Assembly: GCA_963832745.1 (NCBI GenBank)
Contig: CAWHVC010000003.1
Location: 160,001 to 224,000, forward strand
DNA: 64,000 bases
Origin: Candidatus Bathyarchaeota archaeon
GTDB taxonomy: Archaea; Thermoproteota; Bathyarchaeia; Bathyarchaeales; Bathycorpusculaceae
Direction of reading: 5' to 3'
Both the position numbers and the translations under genes were made by a program. Under the pieces are notes generated by a model. The model was not told the DNA's origin and did not search any database. It saw only the letters and a list, made by a program, of their open reading frames with translations. The first letter of the stretch is position 1, and each line of letters begins with the position of its first letter. Positions 1 through 10,509 of the stretch are shown here, one piece after another.

Positions 1-172
1 TTGGTCTGCCGGTTGTGCAGGTTGGACGTTTGGGTTTGTGTCTACCATAAATTTTTACTCCTTAAAAATATCCAAATTGGAAAGCTGCTATTATGGATAT
101 TGTAAGAACCATCGTCTACCCAAATCTTGTTTACAAAATTTTAGAAAACAGAAAAGAAAAGAAGGTTAGTAC

Positions 173-880
173 CTACGAAATGATTGTTGCTGAAATGATA
201 GTTACTGTCTGTGTTGGAACACTATATTCTCCATAGGCGTTTGCAGTCACTGGAACATTGGCTATTGCATCAACTACGCTTTGGCCTGCGATTACTTGTC
301 CGAAGGCAGTGTAAGTTTGATCAAATGTGTTGCCAGCATTATCGATAACCTTGGGGCCGTTATCAACTAGGTTAATGAAGAATTGGCTTGTTGCTGAGTT
401 AGGTTGACTAGTCTTAGCCATAGCAATTGTGTAGGGTAAGTTGCGGTTATAGGTACCTATTTCATCGTTTATCGTTGGAACGCTACTACTGATTGCGCCA
501 CCTTGAATCATGAAACCAGCCATTATTCGGTGGAAAACTGTGCCGTCATATTTTCCCTGAGCAACTAAGTTCAGGAAGTTTTGTGTTGTGATTGGTTTAT
601 TGTCAAACAATTCAAGCGTAATGTTGCCCATGTTTGTCTGCAAAACAACTTGAGTGTTGTTAGTTGCAGGGGTTTGGGTAGGTACCGCTGTCGGAGTAGG
701 TGTGGGGCTTGTTGTTGGATTAGCATCATTTGTGCCAAATCCACCCACAAAATATACTCCAGCAATAATTAACACTATAGCCAAAACACCGACAACAATA
801 AACAATGTTTTCTTTGAGTTGCCACTTTTAGAGCCAGGCTTGTACTGCACTGGTTTTTTCCGATTATATTTGGGAGCCAT
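173..880 (-). CDS. Membrane-anchored cyclophilin-type peptidyl-prolyl isomerase
   Basis: FHRIMAGFMIQGG, IAMAKT, SATSQFFIN, YTAFGQV motifs; N-terminal TM and P/T linker. Confidence 0.93.
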   Translation of the reverse strand: MAPKYNRKKPVQYKPGSKSGNSKKTLFIVVGVLAIVLIIAGVYFVGGFGTNDANPTTSPTPTPTAVPTQTPATNNTQVVLQTNMGNITLELFDNKPITTQNFLNLVAQGKYDGTVFHRIMAGFMIQGGAISSSVPTINDEIGTYNRNLPYTIAMAKTSQPNSATSQFFINLVDNGPKVIDNAGNTFDQTYTAFGQVIAGQSVVDAIANVPVTANAYGEYSVPTQTVTIISATIIS

Positions 881-935
881 AACTCAAATTCAACAAAACA
901 TTATTTAAAATTTTTTCCAAAACTCCAATATCGAA

Positions 936-1679
936 CTATCGGATAATTTTATCAAACATTTCTGAAACTTCACGCAGGTTCTTGACCGCAAACTCTGGCG
1001 TTTGACTACACGCCGCCAAATCTTTCAACGAATAAAACTGTGACCTAACAAACACCGCCCTAATCCCCACGTCCCTTGCGCCTTTAATGTCCTCAACAGG
1101 GCTGTCTCCAATGTAAACCGCCTCGTCAGCCTTCACCCGTAATCTGTCTAAAACTTCCCTGAAAATGTGTGGAGAAGGCTTCCTCCAACCATTCTCATGG
1201 GAAACAACCACTGCGTTAAAGTATTTACTTACACCCAACTGGTCTAAACTGAAGTAAACAACAGGGGCATAAGTGAAGTTAGAAAGCAAAGCAACTTTGC
1301 CATGTGCTGCTGCTTGTTCAAACAGTTTTACTGCGCCCGCTCTTAACTTAAGTGAATCAATAAAATCTTTGAAAAAAACGTTCAAGGCAGCTTTAATATG
1401 TGGGTCGTCGGCGGCTACTTTGTAGCCTACTTCGCTTAATGCTTCAGCAACCCAAATAGCGTTTGTTACTTCACGCAGCTGCTGGTAACGGACGACGCGG
1501 TATTTTTCATGCGCTCTACTGTAAGCATCCAAAAAACCTTCAGCCTCAACTTTGAAGCCTTCCTCAACCAGTGCGCAGTGAAGCTTCTTTTTTGAATCAT
1601 CCATGCTGTAACCTCCACAATTCACTACTGTTCCAATGTAATCAAAAATTACAGCCTTAATCTGCCCCAAAACACTCAA
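936..1679 (-). CDS. HAD-superfamily hydrolase
   Basis: FDYIGT, LSN, RKPSP, YIGDSPVEDI motifs. Confidence 0.9.
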   Translation of the reverse strand: MSVLGQIKAVIFDYIGTVVNCGGYSMDDSKKKLHCALVEEGFKVEAEGFLDAYSRAHEKYRVVRYQQLREVTNAIWVAEALSEVGYKVAADDPHIKAALNVFFKDFIDSLKLRAGAVKLFEQAAAHGKVALLSNFTYAPVVYFSLDQLGVSKYFNAVVVSHENGWRKPSPHIFREVLDRLRVKADEAVYIGDSPVEDIKGARDVGIRAVFVRSQFYSLKDLAACSQTPEFAVKNLREVSEMFDKIIR

Positions 1680-2413
1680 TCCTTAAACAAAATGTCTTTT
1701 TCAACAACACGCTTAAGCGTTCGACCAATACTGGTGCCTAAAAGTTTAGTTTCGTCACCGAGGGCTACTTCAACTGTTGAGTCAAAACTGATTTCTCCAA
1801 GAAAACGCAATCCAATCTTTTTAGTTTCAACCTCTATGTTATTGCTTTGGGTTTGCTTCATGTTTTCTAAAAGACCGATGATTGGCGCTTTTAATTCACA
1901 AAGCAAAGCGACCTGCTTCTTAACGGTTTCAAAAGCCAAAAGTGATGAAGTTGTAACAATCAAAAACTCAACTCGACTAATCAGCCGTAGCAAGTCAAGA
2001 ATGACGTCGCCGATTCCCGGCGGCATATCAATAACCAAAAAATCCAAACTACCCCACTGCGTAATGGCCAACAACTCGATAAGTGCGTTAGAAACGTCAG
2101 TTCCTCGTAATGGTGCAGGGTTTTCGCCTACAAAATAAACAAGTGACATGTATTCAAGCCCGTTCACCATGGGCGGCACTATGCCTTTGTCTTCTTTGGG
2201 TACGGTTATTTGTGCGTTTAGGATGACATGGGTTGATGGGCTGGTGAAGTCTAGATCAAACAGGCCTACTTTGCAGCCTTGGTCTTTCAGAGTTAACGCC
2301 AGTGTGGTTGCAACCATGCTTTTTCCAACACCGCCTTTGCCGCTGGAAATCGCCACAATCCGCTTCACATTTGAGAGTCGCAGGTTGATGACGCTAACTC
2401 TTGGGTCAATCAT
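1676..2413 (-). CDS. hypB: Mrp/MinD-family ATPase, probably ATPase-type HypB (Thermococcales-type)
   Basis: SGKGGVGKS deviant Walker A, DMPPG; directly downstream of hypA; lacks the Mrp C-terminal CPxC; IDPR N-terminus recalls T. kodakarensis HypB. Confidence 0.78.
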   Translation of the reverse strand: MIDPRVSVINLRLSNVKRIVAISSGKGGVGKSMVATTLALTLKDQGCKVGLFDLDFTSPSTHVILNAQITVPKEDKGIVPPMVNGLEYMSLVYFVGENPAPLRGTDVSNALIELLAITQWGSLDFLVIDMPPGIGDVILDLLRLISRVEFLIVTTSSLLAFETVKKQVALLCELKAPIIGLLENMKQTQSNNIEVETKKIGLRFLGEISFDSTVEVALGDETKLLGTSIGRTLKRVVEKDILFKD

Positions 2414-2419
2414 TTTAGG

Positions 2420-2818
2420 TTATTTTACTCCTTGAATATTGTCAAGCCAAACGCCTCGTCCGCTAACTATTTCAAAATCGGGGCTTCCACATTTGGGGCA
2501 CTTAATAAAAGTGTGTGCTGCTTCTGGCACAAAATGGATGGCTTCAGCGGTAGCAGTGTCAAGGGTTTCTTTTTTGAATTGCCAGTTAGTTCCGCAGACG
2601 CGGCATTTTAGTTCAGTTTTGGCTTTTAGAATGTGGAATTTGGCGTCTTTGTATAAGTCTGATTTTATTTGTCCAAGAGCAAACTTGAGAATATGTTTTT
2701 CGACATCTTGAAGTTCGCCGACTCTTATGGTTACTTCAGTGACTTTTTTTAGCTGCTCTTTTTGCGCGATTTGTGTTGCTGTGGCAAGTATTGCTTCAGC
2801 TAATGCCCATTCATGCAT
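2420..2818 (-). CDS. hypA: Hydrogenase nickel incorporation protein HypA
   Basis: MHE N-terminus, CRVC...CPKCGS zinc site. Confidence 0.95.
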   Translation of the reverse strand: MHEWALAEAILATATQIAQKEQLKKVTEVTIRVGELQDVEKHILKFALGQIKSDLYKDAKFHILKAKTELKCRVCGTNWQFKKETLDTATAEAIHFVPEAAHTFIKCPKCGSPDFEIVSGRGVWLDNIQGVK

Positions 2819-3235
2819 AAACCAGTTTTAACCTTTTAGAGTAATTTAAAAATATTGTATTTTGCCACTATTCTTCTAAATCTTGCAAAACCTCAAAGGC
2901 TTTAGCGAGCCGTTTGGCCAAGTCAGCATCAACTTTAGGGTCCTCATCAATATTGGTCAAGATTGGAAGTTTTCGCATAACCCTAAACTGCCTGCTTTTG
3001 TTATAACAATTGCTACCTCGGGAGCTTCGAAGTTCGAAGTAACACAAAAAAACATTTATGAAAATTAACATTTAACTATCAAAACGTCCCCAAATCATGA
3101 ATAAGAAAAACATTTTAGAACTCAACTTTCATGGATGTCACGCAAAAAAGGCGTTTCACATCAACAAATTACGTTCAACATTTTGAGACCTTACCAAGAA
3201 AAAAGATATATGCAAACACGCCGCTAAACATTGCT

Positions 3236-3508
3236 ATGGCAACCAAAGTACATTGCGCCCACATTCTAGTAAAAACTTTAACAGAAGCTCAAGCAGTAAA
3301 AGCACGCATTGATAAAGGCGAAAGCTTTGCCGAAATTGCCAAAAAAGTCTCACTTTGCCCCTCAGGCAAAAAAGGTGGAGACCTTGGAACATTCGGAAGA
3401 GGACAAATGGTAAAGCCTTTTGAAACTGCTGCTTTCGCGCTACAGAAAGGTCAAGTTTCTGACCCTGTTAAGACAGAATTCGGGTATCACATTATCAAAT
3501 GCATTTGA
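3236..3508 (+). CDS. ppiC: Parvulin (PpiC-type) peptidyl-prolyl isomerase
   Basis: HILV, SLCPSGKKGGDLG, GQMVKPFE, TEFGYHII; start moved to internal ATG 3236. Confidence 0.92.
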   Translation: MATKVHCAHILVKTLTEAQAVKARIDKGESFAEIAKKVSLCPSGKKGGDLGTFGRGQMVKPFETAAFALQKGQVSDPVKTEFGYHIIKCI

Positions 3509-3591
3509 TAAAGCTGCTTTGCCGGCAGATCATTTCTGGATGCTTCTAAGCCGTTCCAGATTTCACCATTTTAACTGAGAATTGAAAAAAC

Positions 3592-4335
3592 TTGAATAAA
3601 ACAACGTTTCATCAAAGTCGAAATCCAACAATAGCATGCATTGTCTTCTTTGCTGCCTACGTGCTATTCTCAATTCTAAGAGTAAACCTTCAGCCAATCG
3701 ATGTAGCAGTTAACCTTTGGACAATAACAATCCACAACGACATAGCAATCCTTTTGGCAAAAGCACTCTCAACAATTTTTGATACAATAATCATAGTTGC
3801 CGCATCAATAGTGATTGCAACTTTTCTTTTCTTAAAGAAACGTAAAGCCCAAAGTGTATTGCTTTTAACCGCTATAGGTGGAGAAGCCTTATTTGTAAAC
3901 ATCGTAAAAAATATTGACCAAGTCGCCCGACCAGAAAACCAGTTATTGCTTGGTTCCGGCTACTCTTATCCCAGCGGTCACAGTGCAGGCGTGGTTGTTT
4001 TCATCGGGTTAATTGCTTATTATGCTTGGCTAAACTGGGATAGCAGCAAACGTGTAAAGGTTTTTGCTTTGGCAGGTTTTGGTTTGCTTGTTGCTTTTGT
4101 GAGTTTTGACCGTGTCTATCTTAATGTGCACTGGTTAAGTGATGTTGTTGGTGGTTGGTTGTTTGGTGCTTTTTGGTTGTCATTTTGTATTATGGTGTAT
4201 GAGCGGTTGAAGTTTGCGGGCAAGTTTGAGACTGAACGGTTCAATTTCGCCGCCAACATTCTTTTTGGTGTTGGTGTTTTGGTTGCTGTTTCGATTGTTA
4301 CTTTGGGTTGGTTTTTTAATTATTTGACTTTTTGA
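3592..4335 (+). CDS. PAP2-family membrane phosphatase
   Basis: KxxxxxxRP, YPSGH, RVYLNVHWLSDV motifs. Confidence 0.92.
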   Translation: MNKTTFHQSRNPTIACIVFFAAYVLFSILRVNLQPIDVAVNLWTITIHNDIAILLAKALSTIFDTIIIVAASIVIATFLFLKKRKAQSVLLLTAIGGEALFVNIVKNIDQVARPENQLLLGSGYSYPSGHSAGVVVFIGLIAYYAWLNWDSSKRVKVFALAGFGLLVAFVSFDRVYLNVHWLSDVVGGWLFGAFWLSFCIMVYERLKFAGKFETERFNFAANILFGVGVLVAVSIVTLGWFFNYLTF

Positions 4336-4447
4336 TTTTTTATTTTCAAGTTTTGCTGATAATTAAGATATATCTTAAGCAGATATACTTATATTTGGCA
4401 AACAACCATTAAAAAACAACAAACACCTTGCAAGCAGGCAACATAGC

Positions 4448-6862
4448 ATGGCAGAGGCAAAAACAAAAAAAATCGTTCTTAACATTGGCGGCATGAGCTG
4501 CATAAACTGCGCCAAAGTAATAGAAAAATATACATCAAAACTAGGCGGTGTAACCCATGTAACCGTCAACTTAGCAGCTGAAAAAGCAATCATAGACTAC
4601 AACCCCGACATCATAGACCAAAAAACAATTGAAGCCACAATAACCGACATAGGCTACCAAGTAATCCATGAGAAAATAGTCATACCAGTCGGCGGAATGA
4701 CCTGCATAAACTGCGCCAAAACCATCGAAAAAGTCCTAAACGCCAGAGAAGGCGTCTACAACGCGGTTGTTAATTTTGCGGCTGAGCAAGTCGCTGTAGA
4801 GTACAATCCTGAACAAATAAGCAATGTAGCCATCAAAAAAGCGATAACCGATACGGGCTACGAAGTTATTGAAACTCAAAAAACCGCAGACGTAGACTCA
4901 GAAAGTAAAGCACGTCAACGCCATATTCAACGCCTAAAGCTTCTCTTAGTTTCAAGCGTTGCCTTGACGATTCCTATCATAATTTTAATGTGGATTCCAA
5001 TTCTGCCTATGGAAATAAACAAAATCGTAATGTTCCTCCTTGCAACTCCAGTTCAGTTTGTTGTAGGCTGGACATTTTACGTCGGTGCATACAAGGCATT
5101 ACGTAACAAAACCGCCAACATGGACACCTTAATCGCAATGGGTACATCCACCGCTTGGATTTACAGCACCATTGTAACTTTTCTGCCAGGCATATTTGGA
5201 GATGCAGCCGTATTCTTTGACACAGCAACCATGATTATGTCATTCATATTACTTGGCAAACTCTTAGACGCCATTGCTAAAGGCCGAACTTCCGAAGCGA
5301 TACGCAAGATTATGGGTTTGCAAGCCAAAGTTGCCCGCGTCATCCGAGACAGCGTCGAACAGGAGGTTCCAGTCGAAGAGGTTCAAGTCGGCGATATCAT
5401 CCTTGTTAAACCTGGAGAAAAAATTCCAGTTGACGGTATGGTTGTTGAAGGTTACTCGGCAGTTGACGAGAAAGTAATAACAGGCGAAAGCATCCCAGTC
5501 GAAAAGAAGGTTGGCGACCAAGTTGTCGGTGCAACCTTAAACAAAACAGGCGTATTCAAATTTAAAGCAACCAAAGTGGGAAAAGACACAGTTCTTGCCC
5601 AAATTATCGGCATGGTTGAAGATGCTTTAAGTTCAAAGGCGCCAGTTCAAAGACTTGCCGACGTTGCAGCAAGCTACTTTGTTCCCGCAATCATACTTAC
5701 TGCCACACTTTCCGCGTTCTTATGGTACTTTGTTGTCGGCGAAACCTATGTGTTCTCATTAACAGTGTTCATAGCAGTCTTAATCGTTGCATGCCCCTGC
5801 GCTTTGGGTCTTGCAACGCCCACAGCCATCATGGTTGGCGTTGGAAAAGGTGCAGAAAACGGCATCCTAATAAAAAGTGGCGAAGCCTTAGAAACAGCCC
5901 ACAAACTTCAAGCAATCGTATTTGACAAAACCGGGACACTCACAAAAGGAGAACCTGAAGTAACCGACATAATCCCACTAATCCCAGAAGCAGAACTTTT
6001 ACAGTTTGCGGCTATTGCAGAGAAAAACTCTGAGCATCCCCTCGGCGAAGCCATCACCCGAAAAGCTGCCATGCAAGGCGTAACAATCGAGGACCCAGAG
6101 TCTTTTGAGGCTATGCCCGGTTTTGGTGTACAAGTCACTTACAACCACAAACAGGTGCTTTTGGGTAACCGGAAACTGATGGAAACTAATAACATTGACA
6201 TCAGAGAGCTTGAACATAAAATGGCTACTCTCGAAGAGGGGGGCAAAACAGCAATGCTTGTTGCAGTAGACGGCAAGTTTGCCGGGTTAATTGCGGTTGC
6301 TGACACGTTAAAAGAACATTCCAGTGAGGCGGTACGTGTGCTTCAACAGATGGGCTTAGAAGTAGTCATGCTTACAGGGGATAATCAGAGAACCGCTGAT
6401 GCAATTGCAAAACAGGCAGGAGTAAACCGCGTGATCGCTGAAGTTTTGCCTGATGAAAAGGCTAACCAAATAAAGAAGTTGCAAGCAGAAGGCAAAGTTG
6501 TTGCGATGGTCGGCGACGGAATAAATGATGCACCCGCTTTAGCTCAGGCAAACATTGGCATCGCAGTTGGCAGCGGAACAGACGTAGCAGTGGAAACAGG
6601 CGATATAGTACTAATCAAAAATGACCTGCGTGATGTGGTAGTTAGCATTCAGTTAAGCCGTGCTACAATGCGAAAAATCAAGCAGAACCTGTTCTGGGCA
6701 TTCTTCTATAACATTATCCTCATACCATTGGCTGCTGGAGCCTTCTATCCAATACTGCATGTGCTCTTTGATCCCGTTTACGCTGCGGCTGCAATGGCAA
6801 CCAGTTCAGTAACTGTAGTAACAAACGCTTCATTGCTAAGGAGATTCAAACCAAAACTCTAA
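4448..6862 (+). CDS. copA: Cu(I)-translocating P1B-type ATPase with two HMA domains
   Basis: Two GMxCINC HMA motifs, TGES, CPC, DKTGT, SEHP, GDGIND, YN and MxxSS. Confidence 0.95.
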   Translation: MAEAKTKKIVLNIGGMSCINCAKVIEKYTSKLGGVTHVTVNLAAEKAIIDYNPDIIDQKTIEATITDIGYQVIHEKIVIPVGGMTCINCAKTIEKVLNAREGVYNAVVNFAAEQVAVEYNPEQISNVAIKKAITDTGYEVIETQKTADVDSESKARQRHIQRLKLLLVSSVALTIPIIILMWIPILPMEINKIVMFLLATPVQFVVGWTFYVGAYKALRNKTANMDTLIAMGTSTAWIYSTIVTFLPGIFGDAAVFFDTATMIMSFILLGKLLDAIAKGRTSEAIRKIMGLQAKVARVIRDSVEQEVPVEEVQVGDIILVKPGEKIPVDGMVVEGYSAVDEKVITGESIPVEKKVGDQVVGATLNKTGVFKFKATKVGKDTVLAQIIGMVEDALSSKAPVQRLADVAASYFVPAIILTATLSAFLWYFVVGETYVFSLTVFIAVLIVACPCALGLATPTAIMVGVGKGAENGILIKSGEALETAHKLQAIVFDKTGTLTKGEPEVTDIIPLIPEAELLQFAAIAEKNSEHPLGEAITRKAAMQGVTIEDPESFEAMPGFGVQVTYNHKQVLLGNRKLMETNNIDIRELEHKMATLEEGGKTAMLVAVDGKFAGLIAVADTLKEHSSEAVRVLQQMGLEVVMLTGDNQRTADAIAKQAGVNRVIAEVLPDEKANQIKKLQAEGKVVAMVGDGINDAPALAQANIGIAVGSGTDVAVETGDIVLIKNDLRDVVVSIQLSRATMRKIKQNLFWAFFYNIILIPLAAGAFYPILHVLFDPVYAAAAMATSSVTVVTNASLLRRFKPKL

Positions 6863-6900
6863 GTTACACGATAACCAATAGTATGGAGGTGAAACGTTTT

Positions 6901-7134
6901 ATGGCAAAAGATTTAGTTTGCAACATGGATGTTGACGAGAAAACCGCAAAATGGAAAACAGTTTACCAAGGAAAAACATACTACTTCTGCGCTCCAGGAT
7001 GCAAAAAAATGTTCGAAGAAGAACCGGAACTCTACATAAACGCTGAAGTCTCAGAAGACCAGCACCACCAGCATCATCACCATCACGAAGGAGAAGACAC
7101 TAAGAGCTGCGGTTGTGGCTGCGGAGGACACTAA
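6901..7134 (+). CDS. YHS/TRASH metal chaperone with His- and Cys-rich tail
   Basis: DLVCNM...YYFCAPGC, then HHQHHHHH and CGCGCGGH; follows copA; GGAGG RBS. Confidence 0.88.
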   Translation: MAKDLVCNMDVDEKTAKWKTVYQGKTYYFCAPGCKKMFEEEPELYINAEVSEDQHHQHHHHHEGEDTKSCGCGCGGH

Positions 7135-7158
7135 ACCCCCGCTTCTAGTTTTATTTTT

Positions 7159-7833
7159 TTAAATGTCATTTTCTTTCTTTAAAGGCTCAGAAACCGTTGC
7201 CAACAAGATGTTTTCAGCAAACAAGTCCTCATCAAAAGCTCCAACAAAATCAATTTTATCGTTAATTACAACTTTAGGAACACCCATAACATTGTATTTC
7301 ATGCTTAAGTCGGGAAATTCGCTTGTGCTAATAACATCGGCTTTTACGAAGTCACTTTCAACTGCAAGTTTGTGAGCTATAGCGGCTGCAACGGGGCAGT
7401 GTGGACAAGTTAGGGAGACAAAAACTTGAATGTGCACAGGAGATTTAACGTCTTGAAGTATCTTTTTGGTTTTTTCTGTTAAGTCAGTTGATCCCTTTGA
7501 AACGTTAAAGATTGCGTCAATCAGGGCTTGTAATTCGTATCCATAGGGCAATCCGTAGATTCTTACGCCATAATCTTTTGCACCGATAATCGCCAACGCG
7601 GGAATCTTGTCAATTCCGTACTCTTTAGCTTTCGCAGCGTCAGCAACAAAATCGTAAACTTCAACCGACAACTTACCGTTTAAACTAGCGATTTCCTGAA
7701 TTAACCCTCTTGTGTTGTTACAGGAACCGCACTCTATTTCTTGTGTAAACATAACAATTCTGACGGGGTTACTTAGTTTCAGGTTTAAATCGTTTTTTAA
7801 AAGGTCTTTTTTGTCTTCAGGAATCATTCCCAT
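7159..7833 (-). CDS. Protein disulfide oxidoreductase (two thioredoxin folds)
   Basis: CGSC and CPHC motifs, VMGVPK. Confidence 0.9.
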   Translation of the reverse strand: MGMIPEDKKDLLKNDLNLKLSNPVRIVMFTQEIECGSCNNTRGLIQEIASLNGKLSVEVYDFVADAAKAKEYGIDKIPALAIIGAKDYGVRIYGLPYGYELQALIDAIFNVSKGSTDLTEKTKKILQDVKSPVHIQVFVSLTCPHCPVAAAIAHKLAVESDFVKADVISTSEFPDLSMKYNVMGVPKVVINDKIDFVGAFDEDLFAENILLATVSEPLKKENDI

Positions 7834-7949
7834 AAAATATGTCTCCAGCAAAGAGTGTTCTATTAACCATTAAATGGTTTCAGAACTATATACTAATAGA
7901 ATCAGAGAATCTTGAATATAACTTTTCAAAAAAAGAAGAGTTAAGTTGT

Positions 7950-8894
7950 TTATGCATTATCGCCGTTGAAAACGTGCCTTGATGAACTTGAGGTTTCTTC
8001 GACCAACTGGTGAAGTCCATCAAGAACAAAAGCAAGTCTTTCACCTTTACTGGTTAAACCGTACATTTTTGGTGTTTTGCGAATGAAAATTAGTTTCTTT
8101 CCTTTCAAACCACGTAGGTACTTGTAGGTTCGTCTTATTGAAAGCCCTGTTTCTTTAGCTAGTTTGCCTGCAGAAATGCCTTCGGGACTGATTGCTTCGT
8201 AAACTCTTTTTTCTGTTGGTGCAAGGTTTTCTTTGCTTGGGTCTCGTTTGGATTTGAAGAAGAATATGTAATCTCTTTCTTTTGGTGTTTCAATTAAATC
8301 TTCTTCACGCAGACGTTTTAGGATGCGAGAAGTAATTTTTGGCGCAATTAGTTCTTGTACGTCTTCGAAAGTTTTAGGTCCAGCAAGTAAGGCGCAAAGC
8401 AGTGTTTCTTCGTAACATTCGCTATGTGCAGGAAGTACTGTGCAGTATTCTGGAAAACCAAAAAGTAGCTCAGTTAATCTACCGCCGAAATTGGTTGCGT
8501 AATACTCGTCTCTAGTTTCATTTGCAAGACCTACTTGCATTAACGGACGCAGATACTCAGCGTTGATAGTGTCTTGACTGTGTGTGTGACCTGTTTTTTT
8601 CAGTTCTTGCTGAATCTGACTAACCGAGTATTTGCCTTTAACGATTGATTGTAAAATGTGGAATCTAGTTTCATTTTTTAGGACATTAAATAGGTCTTTG
8701 ATGAAGTTTGGGTTGTCCATTGTGTCACGTAGTTGGCGCAACTCATTTTTTAGTTTGTATACTTGGCAGCGTCCAATACATTCAAGTGGTGATACAGGTG
8801 CACAGTTTCGGCATTCAGTGTCAAGTGTAGACAATAGGTCTGCGAGGTCCTTCTTTTTTTCGCCGTTTTTTATCGGCATTACGACATTTCCCAT
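7950..8894 (-). CDS. Multi-winged-helix putative regulator with N-terminal Cys cluster
   Basis: CRNC-x7-CIGRC followed by about three wHTH-like units; start moved to ATG 8894 because the longer ORF overlaps the opposite gene. Confidence 0.7.
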   Translation of the reverse strand: MGNVVMPIKNGEKKKDLADLLSTLDTECRNCAPVSPLECIGRCQVYKLKNELRQLRDTMDNPNFIKDLFNVLKNETRFHILQSIVKGKYSVSQIQQELKKTGHTHSQDTINAEYLRPLMQVGLANETRDEYYATNFGGRLTELLFGFPEYCTVLPAHSECYEETLLCALLAGPKTFEDVQELIAPKITSRILKRLREEDLIETPKERDYIFFFKSKRDPSKENLAPTEKRVYEAISPEGISAGKLAKETGLSIRRTYKYLRGLKGKKLIFIRKTPKMYGLTSKGERLAFVLDGLHQLVEETSSSSRHVFNGDNA

Positions 8895-8949
8895 TATTTC
8901 CCCCTCTCGACATTGCCATGACGGGTGAAGGAGTAAAGAGATTGGTTGT

Positions 8950-9013
8950 GAAAAACTTGTAACGTTTTTCGATAGTCCCGTCATGACACGCGTCATAGGT
9001 ATGACAATCGTCA
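8950..9013. promoter_or_regulatory. Palindromic operator candidates in divergent promoter
   Basis: GAAAAAC-N7-GTTTTTC (8950-8970); TGAC-N4-GTCA at 8984-8995 and 9002-9013, next to TTTAAATA TATA-like box. Confidence 0.5.
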
Positions 9014-9060
9014 ACTTTAAATATATTTCCCCATAAATTACCCAATAATCAGGTGATTGT

Positions 9061-9468
9061 TTGCTGTTACCATGTGAAGTCGGAGTGAAAACAGTTCTGC
9101 CAGCAGTAAAAGCCATAATGGCCAGAACAATCGTAGAAAAACATGGATTAAAAGAAAAAGATACTGCAACGCTTTTGGGTTTGTCGCAATCTGCCATTAG
9201 CCGGTACATGAACCGTGACCGCGGCAATAACCTGCTTGAAATAGAAAACACACTGGAAGTCCAGTTACTTATTGACCAGATGGTTACTTACCTAGTTAAG
9301 GAACCAGAGAAAAAACATGAAATTATGACGTTATTCTGTCAAACCTGCAAAACCATCCGCGAAAAGGGCTTGATGTGCAAACTGTGCCGTAAAGATATGA
9401 ATGAAGACTGGGCTCAAGATTGCGCTTTTTGCAGAGTTGAGGCAATAAAAATCTGCCAACCGCCCTAA
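9061..9468 (+). CDS. HTH transcriptional regulator with Cys-rich C-terminus
   Basis: LPCE N-terminus, LGLSQSAISRY HTH, CQTC/CKLC/CAFC. Confidence 0.82.
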   Translation: MLLPCEVGVKTVLPAVKAIMARTIVEKHGLKEKDTATLLGLSQSAISRYMNRDRGNNLLEIENTLEVQLLIDQMVTYLVKEPEKKHEIMTLFCQTCKTIREKGLMCKLCRKDMNEDWAQDCAFCRVEAIKICQPP

Positions 9469-9540
9469 ATTTCATTTCTTTCCAAAGCATCTTGAACGTT
9501 TATTAAAGCCCAGATTAAACTGAAGTTAAGGGATTATGCT

Positions 9541-10479
9541 TTGTCTTCATACGATGAGAAAAACGTTCTAGACATTATCGAAAAAGTGAGCAAAAGTGTC
9601 GTAAACATAAGCACAGTGAAGCTTGTTCATAATATTTTTTATCAAGCAGTTCCAGTCGGCGGTATGGGTTCAGGCACTATAATTGACGCAAAACAAGGCT
9701 TAATCCTGACCAATAACCATGTAGTGGGTGGCGCAGAAAAAATCAACATAACACTTTGGAATAATGAAGTTCTACAAGGTACCATCGCTGGGTCCTGTGC
9801 AATCCATGACATCGCAGTCATAAAAGTCAACGGAAATGATTTACAGGCATCTGAACTTGGGGATTCTGACAAGCTTCGGGTTGGACAACGTGTTTACGCG
9901 ATTGGTAACCCGTTTGGTTTAACAGGTGGACCTAGCGTAACAAGCGGTGTTGTGAGCGCGATTAACCGCACAATTGAGTCTCAACGAGGCGTTTTTGAGA
10001 ATCTTGTTCAAACTGACGCCGCCATCAACCCGGGCAATAGTGGTGGTCCACTTGTGGATTTAGAAGGAAAAGTTGTGGCAATCAACACTGCAATTATCCC
10101 GTACGCTCAAGGCATAGGATTTGCTGTTCCAATTAATTCTGCAAAAACCTGCACAAATGGCATCATAACTGAAGGCGCACCTAAGAGTGCATGGCTGGGT
10201 ATAATCGGTTTAAGCCTGACCCTTGATGTAGCGCGGTATTATGGATTGCCTGTTGATCATGGCGTTTTGGTTACGAAAGTTTCACGAGGAAGCCCGGCGG
10301 CGTCTGCAGGGATAGCTGAAGGTGACATAATTTTAAGTTTAGAAAACGTTGAAATTCATAGAATTGAGGATTTAGTTGCTCAAATTCATAAACGCAAAGT
10401 CGGTGATTCCATTCGAATATTTGCTTTACGTAATAGTCGTGAGCATTACTTTGACTTAACTTTAAGCCAAACTCCATAA
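9541..10479 (+). CDS. HtrA/DegP-like serine protease with PDZ domain
   Basis: TNNHVV, DIAVIKV, GNSGGPL triad; C-terminal PDZ. Confidence 0.93.
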   Translation: MSSYDEKNVLDIIEKVSKSVVNISTVKLVHNIFYQAVPVGGMGSGTIIDAKQGLILTNNHVVGGAEKINITLWNNEVLQGTIAGSCAIHDIAVIKVNGNDLQASELGDSDKLRVGQRVYAIGNPFGLTGGPSVTSGVVSAINRTIESQRGVFENLVQTDAAINPGNSGGPLVDLEGKVVAINTAIIPYAQGIGFAVPINSAKTCTNGIITEGAPKSAWLGIIGLSLTLDVARYYGLPVDHGVLVTKVSRGSPAASAGIAEGDIILSLENVEIHRIEDLVAQIHKRKVGDSIRIFALRNSREHYFDLTLSQTP

Positions 10480-10509
10480 TGTAAAATATGTTTTTGTAGG
10501 TGGAATAAA

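Noticed and set aside
2868-3071. Short minus-strand ORF upstream of hypA
   Set aside because: No recognisable motif or convincing start; may be a remnant but cannot be supported.
8895-9251. N-terminal extension of the 433-aa ORF
   Set aside because: Overlaps the real opposite-strand regulator and its promoter; ATG 8894 is more plausible.
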